Source: Candidatus Brocadiia bacterium (lineage in GTDB: Bacteria > Planctomycetota > Brocadiia > CAIUPP01). Taken from it: a stretch of 63,865 nt of DNA. Of this stretch, positions 41,772 through 51,163 are shown one piece after another. The DNA is taken from NCBI GenBank assembly GCA_050015075.1, contig JBEKCB010000030.1:1-63865 (forward strand), given 5' to 3'. The stretch's first letter is position 1. The number at the start of each line of letters is the position of its first letter. The position numbers and the translations under genes were made by a program. Below the pieces are notes generated by a model that saw only the letters and a list, made by a program, of their open reading frames with translations, was not told the DNA's origin and made no database searches.

Positions 41772-43601
41772 ATGTGCGGAATATTCGGATACGTCGGCCC
41801 GCGCGCGAGCACCGGCTTGCTGCTCGAAAGCCTGAAGCGGCTCGAATATCGCGGATACGATTCCTGGGGCATGGCGATGGCCTGCGGCGACCGGCTTCAG
41901 GTTTTCCGCCAGGTCGGCCGCATCACCGGCGCCGAGCCGCCGAAGCTGGATGCCGGTCTTCAGCCCTGTTGGGGCGGAATCGCCCATACGCGCTGGGCGA
42001 CGCACGGCGCTCCGACGGTTGAAAACGCGCACCCGCACACGGACTGCGACGGTACGCTCGCCATCGTGCATAACGGCATCATCGAGAATTATTCAGCTCT
42101 CCGCGCCGAGCTGGAATCCCACGGCCACAAGTTCCGCAGCCAGACCGATACCGAGGTCATCGCGCACCTTATCGAGGAACTGCTCAAGGAGGAAAACGAC
42201 TTCCAGTCCGCCTTCCTCGGCGCGCTGAAACTGCTGGAAGGCACGTACGGCATCGCCGCGATCTCGGCGCGCCAAGCCGGCCTCATCCTGGCCGCGCGGC
42301 ACGGCAGCCCGATGGTGCTGGGTCTCGGCAAGGATGAAATGATGGTCGCGAGCGATCCGTCGGCGCTCGTGGCGCACACGCGGCGCGTGGTTTACCTCGA
42401 AGACGGCGAAGCGGCCGCCCTGCGCGCCGACGGGTTCAAGACGCATGACCTGAACTCGACGCCTATCGCCAAGACCGTCCAGCAAATCGCCTTCGACCTC
42501 CCAGCCATCGAGCGCGGCGGCTACGCGCATTTCATGGTCAAGGAAATCTTCGAGCAGCCCGAGACCATCCACAACGCGTTCCGCGGCCGCATCGTTCACT
42601 CCGAAGGCAGCGCGAAGCTGGGCGGCGTGGACGAGAAGTTGCTGCGGAAGGCGAAGCGCTGCCACATCCTCGCCTGCGGCACTTCGTGGCATGCAGGCCT
42701 GGTCGGGAAATACCTTCTGGAGAACCTCGCCCGCATGCCGACGGAGGTCAGCTACGCGGCGGAGTTCCGCTACGCCAATCCCGTGGTGGAGCCGGGCACG
42801 ATGGTGATCGCCATCAGCCAGTCCGGCGAGACGGCCGACACGCTCGCCGGCGTCCGCGAGGCGATGCTGCGCGGCGCCTCGGCGATCGGCATCTGCAACG
42901 TCGTCGGTTCCACGATCGCCCGCTTGTGCGGCCAGGGAATTTACATCCACGCCGGGCCGGAGATTGGAGTCGCCTCCACCAAGGCATTTACCGGTCAGAT
43001 CGCCGTGCTGGCGCTGCTGGCAATTCACATGGGCCGCCTGCGCGGCATGTCGCTGGCGGAGGGAATCCAGATTCTGGACGCCATCGAGAGGCTGCCCGAC
43101 CAGGCTCGCGCCGTCCTGGCGTGCGACGCGCAGATTCGCGAAATCGCCGCGGAGTATGCCGACTGCCCGAATTTCCTCTACGTCGGCCGGCTCTATGAAT
43201 ATCCCGTAGCGCTCGAAGGCGCGCTGAAGCTCAAAGAGATCTCCTACGTCCATGCCGAAGGCATCCCGGCCGCAGAGCTCAAGCACGGCCCGATCGCGCT
43301 GGTGGACCGGCGGATGCCAACAGTCGTCCTCGCCGCGCAGTCCGCGGTCCTTTCGAAGATGATGAGCAACGTGCAGGAAATCCGCGCACGCAGCGGGCGC
43401 ATCATCGCCATAGCGCGCGAAGGCGATATGGAGTTGCCGCAACTGGCCGAGCGCACGATCTTCGTGCCCTCGACGCTGGACCCGCTGGTCCCGATCCTGG
43501 CGGTAATCCCGCTGCAACTGCTGGCCTATCACATCGCCGTCCGAAGAGGCTGCGACGTGGATCGCCCCCGGAACCTGGCGAAAAGTGTCACGGTGGAGTG
43601 A
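41772..43601 (+). CDS. glmS: Glutamine--fructose-6-phosphate aminotransferase
   Basis: MCGIFGY, LEYRGYDS, HTRWATHG, SQSGETADT, GVASTKAF, PRNLAKSVTVE. Confidence 0.98.
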   Translation: MCGIFGYVGPRASTGLLLESLKRLEYRGYDSWGMAMACGDRLQVFRQVGRITGAEPPKLDAGLQPCWGGIAHTRWATHGAPTVENAHPHTDCDGTLAIVHNGIIENYSALRAELESHGHKFRSQTDTEVIAHLIEELLKEENDFQSAFLGALKLLEGTYGIAAISARQAGLILAARHGSPMVLGLGKDEMMVASDPSALVAHTRRVVYLEDGEAAALRADGFKTHDLNSTPIAKTVQQIAFDLPAIERGGYAHFMVKEIFEQPETIHNAFRGRIVHSEGSAKLGGVDEKLLRKAKRCHILACGTSWHAGLVGKYLLENLARMPTEVSYAAEFRYANPVVEPGTMVIAISQSGETADTLAGVREAMLRGASAIGICNVVGSTIARLCGQGIYIHAGPEIGVASTKAFTGQIAVLALLAIHMGRLRGMSLAEGIQILDAIERLPDQARAVLACDAQIREIAAEYADCPNFLYVGRLYEYPVALEGALKLKEISYVHAEGIPAAELKHGPIALVDRRMPTVVLAAQSAVLSKMMSNVQEIRARSGRIIAIAREGDMELPQLAERTIFVPSTLDPLVPILAVIPLQLLAYHIAVRRGCDVDRPRNLAKSVTVE

Positions 43602-43608
43602 ACCGAAC

Positions 43609-44841
43609 ATGGCCGGAAACCTGATCCTTTTCGAAGACCATTTTCTCGACGACATGCGGCCGATCGTCCTGACCCGAGCTGCCTTTGCGGTCACGTGCGC
43701 CGCCTGGAACTTGCACGAAGTCGCCCGGCTCGCCTCGGACCGCATCGGGTATATCGTGCGCAACTACCTGCAAAAGACCGCGGCGCATTCTTTCCAGCCA
43801 ACGCCACCGGGCGACGGCCCCACTCTGTTCCTCAACGCCTCGGTCGTCCCGGATGTCCGATATGCGGAACCTTTGAGCCGGATGCTCTCGGAAGCGCAGC
43901 CTTTCCTCTGCGCCGTCGGCCAGCGCGTCGCCGCGGCGCTCGTCTCCCCTGCCGCAAAGATACCGGCGAACCTCACCGCGGACAGCGTGACGCCGTGGCT
44001 CCTCGGCCTTGGCCTGCCGCTGCGCAAGCCATCGCCGTTTCAGACGCTGGATTACACGTTCCACGTGGTCAAGTACCTCGGCGAACTGTTCCCGGCGAAC
44101 ATCGAGCGACGAATATCCGCCGGGCGGTTCCATGCGGTTCAGCCTGGCGTGTTCGCCGGAGAAGGCGTCACCATCGCGCCGACGGCCGTCTTTCATTCCG
44201 ACGAAGGCCCGATCGTCCTTGACGACGGAGTGCAGGTGATGGACTTCGTCTGCTTCCGCGGTCCGCTCTATGTCGCTCCCGGCTCCCGGATCATCGAGCG
44301 GGCCTCCGTCAAGGAGTTCGTTTCCATCGGGCATACCTGCAAGATCGGCGGCGAAGTCGAAGCGTCCGTCATCGAGCCGTACACGAACAAGCAGCATCAC
44401 GGGTTCCTCGGCCACAGCTACGTCGGGTCATGGGTGAACCTCGGCGCGGGCACCAGCAACAGCGACCTGAAAAACACGTACGGCGAAGTCCGCATCGAAC
44501 ACCGCGGCCGCCGCCTCGACACCGGCATGCAATTCCTGGGCTGCGTCATCGGCGACTACAGCAAGAGCGCCATCAACACGAGCATCTTCACCGGCAAGAT
44601 CATCGGCGCGTCGAGCATGCTCTACGGCTACGTCGGGCAGAACGTCCCGAGCTTCTGCAACTACGCGAAGTCCTTCGGCCAGGTCACCGAAGTCCCGCTC
44701 GAACAGGCCATCGTCACCCAGAAGCGCATGTTCGGGCGGCGCAAGGTCGAGCAGACCGGGGACGATATCGCCCTGCTCACGGCCATCCACGGGCTCACGC
44801 GCGAAGAGCGGATGATCTCCTCCGACATGCCGGTGCTCTGA
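43609..44841 (+). CDS. GlmU-like putative sugar nucleotidyltransferase with left-handed beta-helix
   Basis: ILFED...RPIVLTR N-terminus, hexapeptide repeats, KIGGEVE, NKQHHGFLGHSYVGSWVNLGAGT. Follows glmS. Confidence 0.85.
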   Translation: MAGNLILFEDHFLDDMRPIVLTRAAFAVTCAAWNLHEVARLASDRIGYIVRNYLQKTAAHSFQPTPPGDGPTLFLNASVVPDVRYAEPLSRMLSEAQPFLCAVGQRVAAALVSPAAKIPANLTADSVTPWLLGLGLPLRKPSPFQTLDYTFHVVKYLGELFPANIERRISAGRFHAVQPGVFAGEGVTIAPTAVFHSDEGPIVLDDGVQVMDFVCFRGPLYVAPGSRIIERASVKEFVSIGHTCKIGGEVEASVIEPYTNKQHHGFLGHSYVGSWVNLGAGTSNSDLKNTYGEVRIEHRGRRLDTGMQFLGCVIGDYSKSAINTSIFTGKIIGASSMLYGYVGQNVPSFCNYAKSFGQVTEVPLEQAIVTQKRMFGRRKVEQTGDDIALLTAIHGLTREERMISSDMPVL

Positions 44842-45093
44842 TCGGCCTCTGAACGCGAATCCGCCGTGGCCCGCTTGAGCAAGACTTGCGCTCCGCGGGT
44901 CGTATCGTTATCCTGATCTCGACTGTGTGCGCCTTCTTCGGGTGCGGCGCGCGCAACACGCTTCCGCCGGCCAACCCGGGCGTATTCCAGTCTGCAATGG
45001 AACAGGCGTTTTATCGCCCGATCATGGTGGAGTGCAACGGGCCCTGTTTCCGATTGCTGAATGAAGATTGCCGAATGCCAGAGGTATGCGATA

Positions 45094-46458
45094 ATGAAAG
45101 TTGCTAAGTTCGGCGGAACGTCTCTCGCCGACGCCAAACAGTTCCGGAAAGTCCGGGAACTCATCGTCTCCGATCCGCAGCGCCGGATCATCGTCGTCTC
45201 CGCGCCCGGCAAGCGTTCCCGCGAGGACGTTAAAATCACCGACCTTCTAATCCAGTGCGCGTGCCTCAGGCTCAGCGGCCGTGACGCCGGCGGCGAAGTC
45301 TCGCGCGTGATCGCCCGCTACCAGGCCATTGCCGAGGAACTCGAACTGCCGCCCGAACTGGCGAAGGCGTTCCGAATGGACCTCTGCTTCCGGCTTGAAC
45401 GCGACGTGGTGCACCGGAAACGGTTCGAGGATGCCGTCAAAGCCGCCGGCGAGGCTTATTGCGCGCAGCTCATGACCGCCTTCCTGCGCCACACCGGCCT
45501 GGACGCGGAATACGTCTCGCCCGAGGAAGCCGGCCTGATCGTCTCCGAGGAATACGGCTCCGCTCAGGTCCTTGAGGAATCCTATTCCCGCCTCGCGCAA
45601 CTCCGGGATTCCAAACGGATCATCGTCTTCCCCGGCTTCTTCGGGCACTCGCGCGACGGCCACATTGTGACCTTCACACGCGGCGGGTCGGACCTCACCG
45701 GCGCCATCCTCGCCGCCGCTGTTCAGGCCGAGGCGTACGAGAACTTCACGGACGTGAACGGCGTCGCCGCGGCCGACCCGCGCATCGTCAAGAATCCCGT
45801 CTCCATCGAGAAGCTCACCTACCAGGAACTGCGGGAGCTTTCCTACGGCGGGTTCTCCGTCTTCCACGACGAGGCCATGCTGCCCGTCCTCGAGGCGGCC
45901 ATCCCGATCCACATCCTCAACACGAACCGCCCCGAGCATCCCGGAACCTGGGTCAGCCGCTCCGCGGAAGGCGAAGCCGGTCGCGTGACCGGAGTCGCCT
46001 GCGACGGCGGGTTCTGCGCAATCGACGTTGCCAAGTACCTGATGAACCGCGAAAAAGGATTCGGGCGAAAATTGCTCCAGATCCTCGAGGAGGAAGACCT
46101 TTCGTTCGATCACGCCCCGTCGGGAGTGGACAGCATCACCATCGTGCTGCGGCAGAGCCAACTGAGCGAGCGTACCGTGGCGCGGATCGAGGAGCGCGTT
46201 CGGCGGGAACTCGGCGCGGATGCGATTTCAGTCGAGTACGACCTCTCGCTTCTCAGCATCGTCGGCATCGGCATGCGGAAGACCGTGGGCATCGCCAGCC
46301 GCGTCACCGGTGCGCTGGCGCGGACCGGCATCAACATCGAAATGCTCATCCAGGGCCCCTCCGAGATCAGCATGATCATCGGCATCAAGGAGAACGACGC
46401 AGCCCGCGCCATCAATGCCGTCTACGACGAATTTTTCAGATCCAGGAGCAACGCATAA
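45094..46458 (+). CDS. lysC: Aspartate kinase
   Basis: MKVAKFGGTSLAD, VVSAPGK, TFTRGGSDLTG, ENFTDV, C-terminal ACT domains. Confidence 0.94.
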   Translation: MKVAKFGGTSLADAKQFRKVRELIVSDPQRRIIVVSAPGKRSREDVKITDLLIQCACLRLSGRDAGGEVSRVIARYQAIAEELELPPELAKAFRMDLCFRLERDVVHRKRFEDAVKAAGEAYCAQLMTAFLRHTGLDAEYVSPEEAGLIVSEEYGSAQVLEESYSRLAQLRDSKRIIVFPGFFGHSRDGHIVTFTRGGSDLTGAILAAAVQAEAYENFTDVNGVAAADPRIVKNPVSIEKLTYQELRELSYGGFSVFHDEAMLPVLEAAIPIHILNTNRPEHPGTWVSRSAEGEAGRVTGVACDGGFCAIDVAKYLMNREKGFGRKLLQILEEEDLSFDHAPSGVDSITIVLRQSQLSERTVARIEERVRRELGADAISVEYDLSLLSIVGIGMRKTVGIASRVTGALARTGINIEMLIQGPSEISMIIGIKENDAARAINAVYDEFFRSRSNA

Positions 46459-46518
46459 CCTGGAGCGCCGCTCGTATTTCAGCACTCGGCAATCCGAAAT
46501 CGACAAAACAGCATTTTC

Positions 46519-46595
46519 GCGCCAGTAGCTCAGCAGGATAGAGCAGCGGATTTCTAATCCGCCGGTCGGGGGTTCGACTCCTCCCTGGCGCGCCA
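46519..46595 (+). tRNA. tRNA-Arg(TCT)
   Basis: GCGCCAGTAGCTCAGCAGGATAGAGCAGCGGATTTCTAATCCGCCGGTCGGGGGTTCGACTCCTCCCTGGCGCGCCA; anticodon loop TTTCTAA. Confidence 0.97.
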
Positions 46596-46602
46596 AGCAA
46601 CC

Positions 46603-46639
46603 AACAGCATGAGTTGAACTTACGACTCATGCTGTTTTC
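46603..46639 (+). terminator. Rho-independent terminator after tRNA-Arg
   Basis: AACAGCATGAGT-10 nt-ACTCATGCTGTT followed by TT. Confidence 0.75.
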
Positions 46640-46863
46640 GTCCCCGGCCCTTCCGACGGCCCGTGATACGATTGTGATATCATTGCGCCCTCGGCGTACG
46701 GGAGCGCCCTGGGTGCCAAGGCCAGCGCGGCCTGCGCGCCGGACAAGAGGATCGCAAACGGCAGTACGATCCACCAGCGAATGCGCAGCGCCGGATGCTC
46801 CAACTGCTGCAGCTCCTCGAGCTGCGCCGCGTCAATTCGTCTGTAAGGCGGTGTCTCTGCCAT
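46627..46863 (-). pseudogene. Short membrane-protein ORF, probably a truncated N-terminal remnant
   Basis: MAETPPYRRIDAAQLEELQQLEHPALRIRWWIVLPFAILLSGAQAALAL...: one TM segment, then the frame runs into the tRNA terminator hairpin where it stops. Confidence 0.35.
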
Positions 46864-46875
46864 GCCGCTCGACAG

Positions 46876-46901
46876 CACGGGCGGCCCTGGGGCCGCCCGT
46901 G
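46876..46901. repeat. REP-like GC-rich palindrome
   Basis: CACGGGCGGCC-CTGG-GGCCGCCCGTG, a perfect 11 bp stem. Confidence 0.5.
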
Positions 46902-46940
46902 GTGATTCCTCCGCGTTTCATTCTACGGCAAAGCCCCTGC

Positions 46941-48368
46941 TCACCGCGCAAACTTCGACTGGAGCATGAGATAGTACGGCACCTCGCCCAGCCCGCCCCA
47001 GCTATCCGGTTCCTCGGTTGCCTCAAACGCCTTCTGAATCTCGACATCAAAAGGCGCCAGCGCGGACCACATGCGCAGGACCTGCACCTTCGTGCTCTTT
47101 TCTGTGCTGACTGTCACATTAGCCTGCGCGTCTTTTGGATGGATAACAATCGTGCCCTTGTTCGTTTTCGTGTCCCACTTCGCGCTGACAACCGTGCCGT
47201 TCAAGGCGCCGGCGCCCGCCGAGGTCGGCTCCGCGGTCTTCGAATTCCGGAAGCAAGCGTAGATCTCTTTCGCCATGCCCGTGGCCGGCTGCACCGAGAT
47301 CTCCATTCCGGCCGCCGGGCTGCCGGGATCACCGTCCATCCAAGTGGTCTTGGCCGTGGCGATCAGGTGATCAATCTCCGCCTTGGTGAAGATCAGGCCA
47401 TGCTCATAGGCGGCGACGATGGCCCGGGTATCAACCCAGTAATACCCGCCGTGGGGATGGACGCCCACCCAGTGCTTGGGGCTGCCGTCGGCCTTGTAAT
47501 CCCACGGACCGGCCGGTTGCCAGTAGTTCCAAATCTCGTAAGTGCCGTCGCTCTTGAGTGTCATCCGGCTCTTCATCAGCTTGAACCACTTTTCCGCGCG
47601 TTCCTTGTATTCCGGCTTGCCCGTCACATCCCACATCGCGAGCATCCAGCGGGCGACCTCGTTGGACTTGTTGTCCGGGTGCGAGAATCCGTGTCCCGGT
47701 GAGTTCCGGGTGTCGAAATCAATCCACTTCTGGTGGGTCGGGTCCATCCCGTACGGCAGGGTCACGGAGATCATCCCGCCGTCCTTGGTCTCCCGCCACC
47801 CGCCGCGCTTCACCCACTTGGCGTAAATCTGATCGGCAAGCTTCAGGTAGCTCTCGCCTTTCGCGCCGTACTTCTCCTTCAGCGCGGGGTTCTTGACCAT
47901 CTCGCCGGCCATCAGGACGATCGGGCGGAACACCATCGCGTCGCTGAGGAAGCTGTCGGCGTTGAAGTCGTCCAAGTTGTCCACCGCAGTGCCGGCCGCG
48001 GCTTTCGAGGGCCAGCCGACGTAGCCGTCAGGCTCCTTCACGGCCCGCTTGATGAGGGAGTCCGTCCAGTCCACCAGCATGTCCACATACTTGGTATTCT
48101 TCGTGGCCATGTAACCGTTGTAGAAGCCGTCCACCATGGGCGACACCGTCCAGGCGATGTCCTCGCCCATTGCACTATCGCATGTCCGGTAGCCCTTGGA
48201 TTCGCCGGAGATCTCCTGGTCCCAGCGTGAGAGCCACACTTTTCGCTTTGCCTCGTTCATCTTCGTGAGCGTCATCCCCAGGGCGGCCGGGTCCGGCGCT
48301 GTCTGCGCCTGACAGAGAGTCGCCGTCAGCACTAGTCCGGCAACGCATAGTCCAATCATCTTCTTCAT
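46941..48368 (-). CDS. Secreted protein, probable alpha/alpha-toroid (glycoside hydrolase/lyase-like) fold, function unknown
   Basis: RBS GGAGGAGG, signal peptide MKKMIGLCVAGLVLTATLCQA, Trp/Tyr-rich helical repeats (YMATKNTKY, WDVTGKPEYKERA). Confidence 0.7.
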   Translation of the reverse strand: MKKMIGLCVAGLVLTATLCQAQTAPDPAALGMTLTKMNEAKRKVWLSRWDQEISGESKGYRTCDSAMGEDIAWTVSPMVDGFYNGYMATKNTKYVDMLVDWTDSLIKRAVKEPDGYVGWPSKAAAGTAVDNLDDFNADSFLSDAMVFRPIVLMAGEMVKNPALKEKYGAKGESYLKLADQIYAKWVKRGGWRETKDGGMISVTLPYGMDPTHQKWIDFDTRNSPGHGFSHPDNKSNEVARWMLAMWDVTGKPEYKERAEKWFKLMKSRMTLKSDGTYEIWNYWQPAGPWDYKADGSPKHWVGVHPHGGYYWVDTRAIVAAYEHGLIFTKAEIDHLIATAKTTWMDGDPGSPAAGMEISVQPATGMAKEIYACFRNSKTAEPTSAGAGALNGTVVSAKWDTKTNKGTIVIHPKDAQANVTVSTEKSTKVQVLRMWSALAPFDVEIQKAFEATEEPDSWGGLGEVPYYLMLQSKFAR

Positions 48369-48432
48369 GCTTCCTCCTCCTGTTGTTCAATGGCCGCTCG
48401 CGCGGCGCGTGTCAGAGATCGGATCCTTCGGC

Positions 48433-50193
48433 CTACTCCGCGGCGGGCGTCGCTTCGCCCAGAGTATCAACCACCGTGATGCCCTCGACTTTCACATCCT
48501 TACGGCCATCGAGGTTGATCGCGCTTCGCCGCACCACCGTCTCGAAGAGGTGCAGCCGCGGGTCGCCTCCGGTCTTCAAGAGAATCCGGCCGGCGTTTCC
48601 GGTTTTGATATAAGTGAAGTCGGTCCACGGCTGGCCGTCGCGGAGCATTTTCCTCGGCGCGCGGAGCGCATACGTGGACCAGCCGCCGCCCTCGTCGCGC
48701 ATCCAATTCGTGACCACGTTCGCGCCGCTGATCGTCACCTTCTCACCCTCCATCGCCTTGATCGTCACGCCGTCGCAGGCGGGGCGAAGCATCTCGCGGT
48801 ACACGCCGCCGCGCAGCACGATCGTCTCGCCCGGCTGCGCGAGCGCGCACGCCCTCTCCAGCGTCGCCAGCGGCACGCCCGGATAGCCCCAGCCCGGATG
48901 GTCCGAGGCAGATGGATGACGCGGGTCCACGTACCAGACGTTGGGCCATTCCATCGCCCCGACCGTCACGCCGTCCTTGCCCGCTCCAATGGCCGGGCTG
49001 CCTTTGCGCAGGCGGAAATTCCGGCTGTCCGGATCCACGAAGAGCGGGTCCTTGCCGTTGATGTTCGTCGCGCCGTCGAGCGCACGGGTATTGTGCGTCA
49101 GGTTGTACTCGATGACCGGGTTGGCGTGGCTGAAGCTCTCGTCGCCGTCCAGGACGGCCCTCTCCGCGTCGCAGAGGATGTTGTCGCGGATCTGGCCGTT
49201 AGTGGATTCCTTGCCGCGCAGGCCGATGCAGGACCAGTTCACCGAGCAGATGGTGCAGTTCTCGATCGTTACGTCGAGCGTCTGGCAGATATCCGGACCC
49301 CAGCCTCCTCTCAGGAACTCGGGCGCCCAGTTTGTGGAATAGATGTTGTGCCGGAACGTCCAGTACCGCACACCGCCGATGTTCGGGGCGCTGTCCACCA
49401 TGCAGCCCTGATGGAAATCGAAGAAGGCGTTGTACTCGAGAGTCACGTGCTTCGACCACGCGCTGTCGCCGCCGAGCCAAGTCTGAATGCAGTCCGTGTG
49501 GGCGGTGTTGATCTCACTCTGCCGGGTCCCGTGGTAATAGTTGTATCGCTCGATCAACCCGTCGCCCCAGAAACGCGAGTAGTCGCAGTCGTCGAACCAT
49601 CTGCCCGCCGCGTACATGAACAGCCGTTCCACCTCGTTGTTCTCCACCAGCCAGTCATTTCCCTGAATCACGAAGCCGTATTCGCTGTGATAGACCTTGT
49701 TATACGCGACTCGGTTGTGAGCGACCGCGGAGTACTCGCCACGGGTGCCGACGCCCTGCATCATCTCATGGATGTAGTTGTCCAGCACCTCGCAGTAACT
49801 CCCGTCCACCTCCACTGCCACGACGGCCTCCGGCGCGGTGATCTCGAAGCCGACGACGCGAATGTAACTCGCCGCCAGATCGAATCCGTGCACGCGGGCC
49901 CACCGCCGCGGCATCGCCTGGAACGTGATCGGCTTTCCCTCCTCGCCGCTGGTCTGGACCTTGACCCGCTCTTCGTACCGGCCTGCCATGACGTAAACGG
50001 TGTCGCCCGGCTTGACCACGTCGGCCGCGCGCTGGACCGTCTTGAAGGGACTCTCTTCCGTGCCGGCGTTCGTATCCGCCGCGCCGGGCGCCGCCTGGTC
50101 CACCACGTAAACGGACGCTCGCGCCTCGCGCCCGACCAACAAGATCGCCGACAACACAACCAGGCAGAAAGAGCTCCAGCGCATGACCTTCAT
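48433..50193 (-). CDS. Secreted right-handed parallel beta-helix protein (DUF1565 / pectate lyase-like)
   Basis: RBS AAGGAG, signal peptide, GTEESPFKTVQRAA...PGDTVYV..G.Y motif, PbH1-like repeats, DPLFVD...FRLRKGSPAIG, and a second PLATLERA...PGETIVLRGGVYRE motif. Confidence 0.85.
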   Translation of the reverse strand: MKVMRWSSFCLVVLSAILLVGREARASVYVVDQAAPGAADTNAGTEESPFKTVQRAADVVKPGDTVYVMAGRYEERVKVQTSGEEGKPITFQAMPRRWARVHGFDLAASYIRVVGFEITAPEAVVAVEVDGSYCEVLDNYIHEMMQGVGTRGEYSAVAHNRVAYNKVYHSEYGFVIQGNDWLVENNEVERLFMYAAGRWFDDCDYSRFWGDGLIERYNYYHGTRQSEINTAHTDCIQTWLGGDSAWSKHVTLEYNAFFDFHQGCMVDSAPNIGGVRYWTFRHNIYSTNWAPEFLRGGWGPDICQTLDVTIENCTICSVNWSCIGLRGKESTNGQIRDNILCDAERAVLDGDESFSHANPVIEYNLTHNTRALDGATNINGKDPLFVDPDSRNFRLRKGSPAIGAGKDGVTVGAMEWPNVWYVDPRHPSASDHPGWGYPGVPLATLERACALAQPGETIVLRGGVYREMLRPACDGVTIKAMEGEKVTISGANVVTNWMRDEGGGWSTYALRAPRKMLRDGQPWTDFTYIKTGNAGRILLKTGGDPRLHLFETVVRRSAINLDGRKDVKVEGITVVDTLGEATPAAE

Positions 50194-50398
50194 CGCAGTC
50201 TCTCCTTGAAGTAATTTCCCCGGGCGTCTCTCAGCCCGCGAATGCAGCAGGCAGCTTCGTATCGGGGCTTGGGAGAAAGGAGGATAGCACGCCACGACAT
50301 CGCCGTCAAACGTGTTCTCCCCGCGCCAATATTCGTCCTGCCCGGGGCGCTGCGCTTGCGCGAGAGTTCCTGGAGGTTTATAAGTGGGTGTGGGCACT

Positions 50399-51163
50399 AT
50401 GAACTATATCTGGATCGGACTGGCCGGCGGCGCAGCGGCGTTCGCGCACTGCCTGGGCATGTGCGGCGGGTTCGCGCTCCACCTCTCTCACGCGCCGAAC
50501 CGCTGGGAGACGCTCGGCCGGCAACTGCTCTGGCTGGGCGGAAAAACGTTCACCTACATTTTCCTCGGCGCCGTGGCGGGATTTTTCGGACGATGGTTGA
50601 GCGGCGTCGCGATCATCCCGCGGATTCAGGAAGGCCTGACCTATGCGGCAGGCGCCTTGCTGATCTTCATGGGCGCGCGCATGCTGAACCTGCTGCCGTG
50701 GCGCCGCAAGGCGTCGCCGAGCGCGTCCGCAGACGGCGCGGAGGGTATTCTGCCCTCTGTCTTCCGCCGATTTCTCCTCCAGCCGACGGCGGGCGGCGCG
50801 CTGACGCTGGGCCTGGCGACCGGCTTCCTGCCCTGCCCGGTGGTCGTGGGATTTCTCGCGCTCTCCGTTCAGAGCGGCTCGGTGGCGACGGGGATGGCCA
50901 CGATGGCCGCGCTGGGCGTCGGCACGGCATGGTCGCTGCTGCTGCTGGGCATGTCCGGGCACGTGGTCACTCAGCGGCTCCGCCGATGGGGAACGGTCGC
51001 GCCCGGCGTCATCCTGATCCTGCTCGGACTGGCCACCGGCCTGCGCGGGACCGAGGCGTTCCATCGCATCCTGGGATGCCCGCCCTCGCCGGTTCGACAG
51101 ACCGCCGCGGACCCGTGTCCATGCGCCGACTGTCCACAGCCCAGTGCTTCCTTGCGGAAATAG
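50399..51163 (+). CDS. DsbD_2 / TauE-like membrane protein associated with cbb3 oxidase assembly
   Basis: HCLGMCGG and GFLPCPVV motifs, ~6 TM helices, upstream of a CcoI-like ATPase. Confidence 0.88.
   Translation: MNYIWIGLAGGAAAFAHCLGMCGGFALHLSHAPNRWETLGRQLLWLGGKTFTYIFLGAVAGFFGRWLSGVAIIPRIQEGLTYAAGALLIFMGARMLNLLPWRRKASPSASADGAEGILPSVFRRFLLQPTAGGALTLGLATGFLPCPVVVGFLALSVQSGSVATGMATMAALGVGTAWSLLLLGMSGHVVTQRLRRWGTVAPGVILILLGLATGLRGTEAFHRILGCPPSPVRQTAADPCPCADCPQPSASLRK

Noticed and set aside
44842-45093. Lysine riboswitch upstream of aspartokinase
   Set aside because: No recognisable L-box consensus or terminator/antiterminator arrangement.
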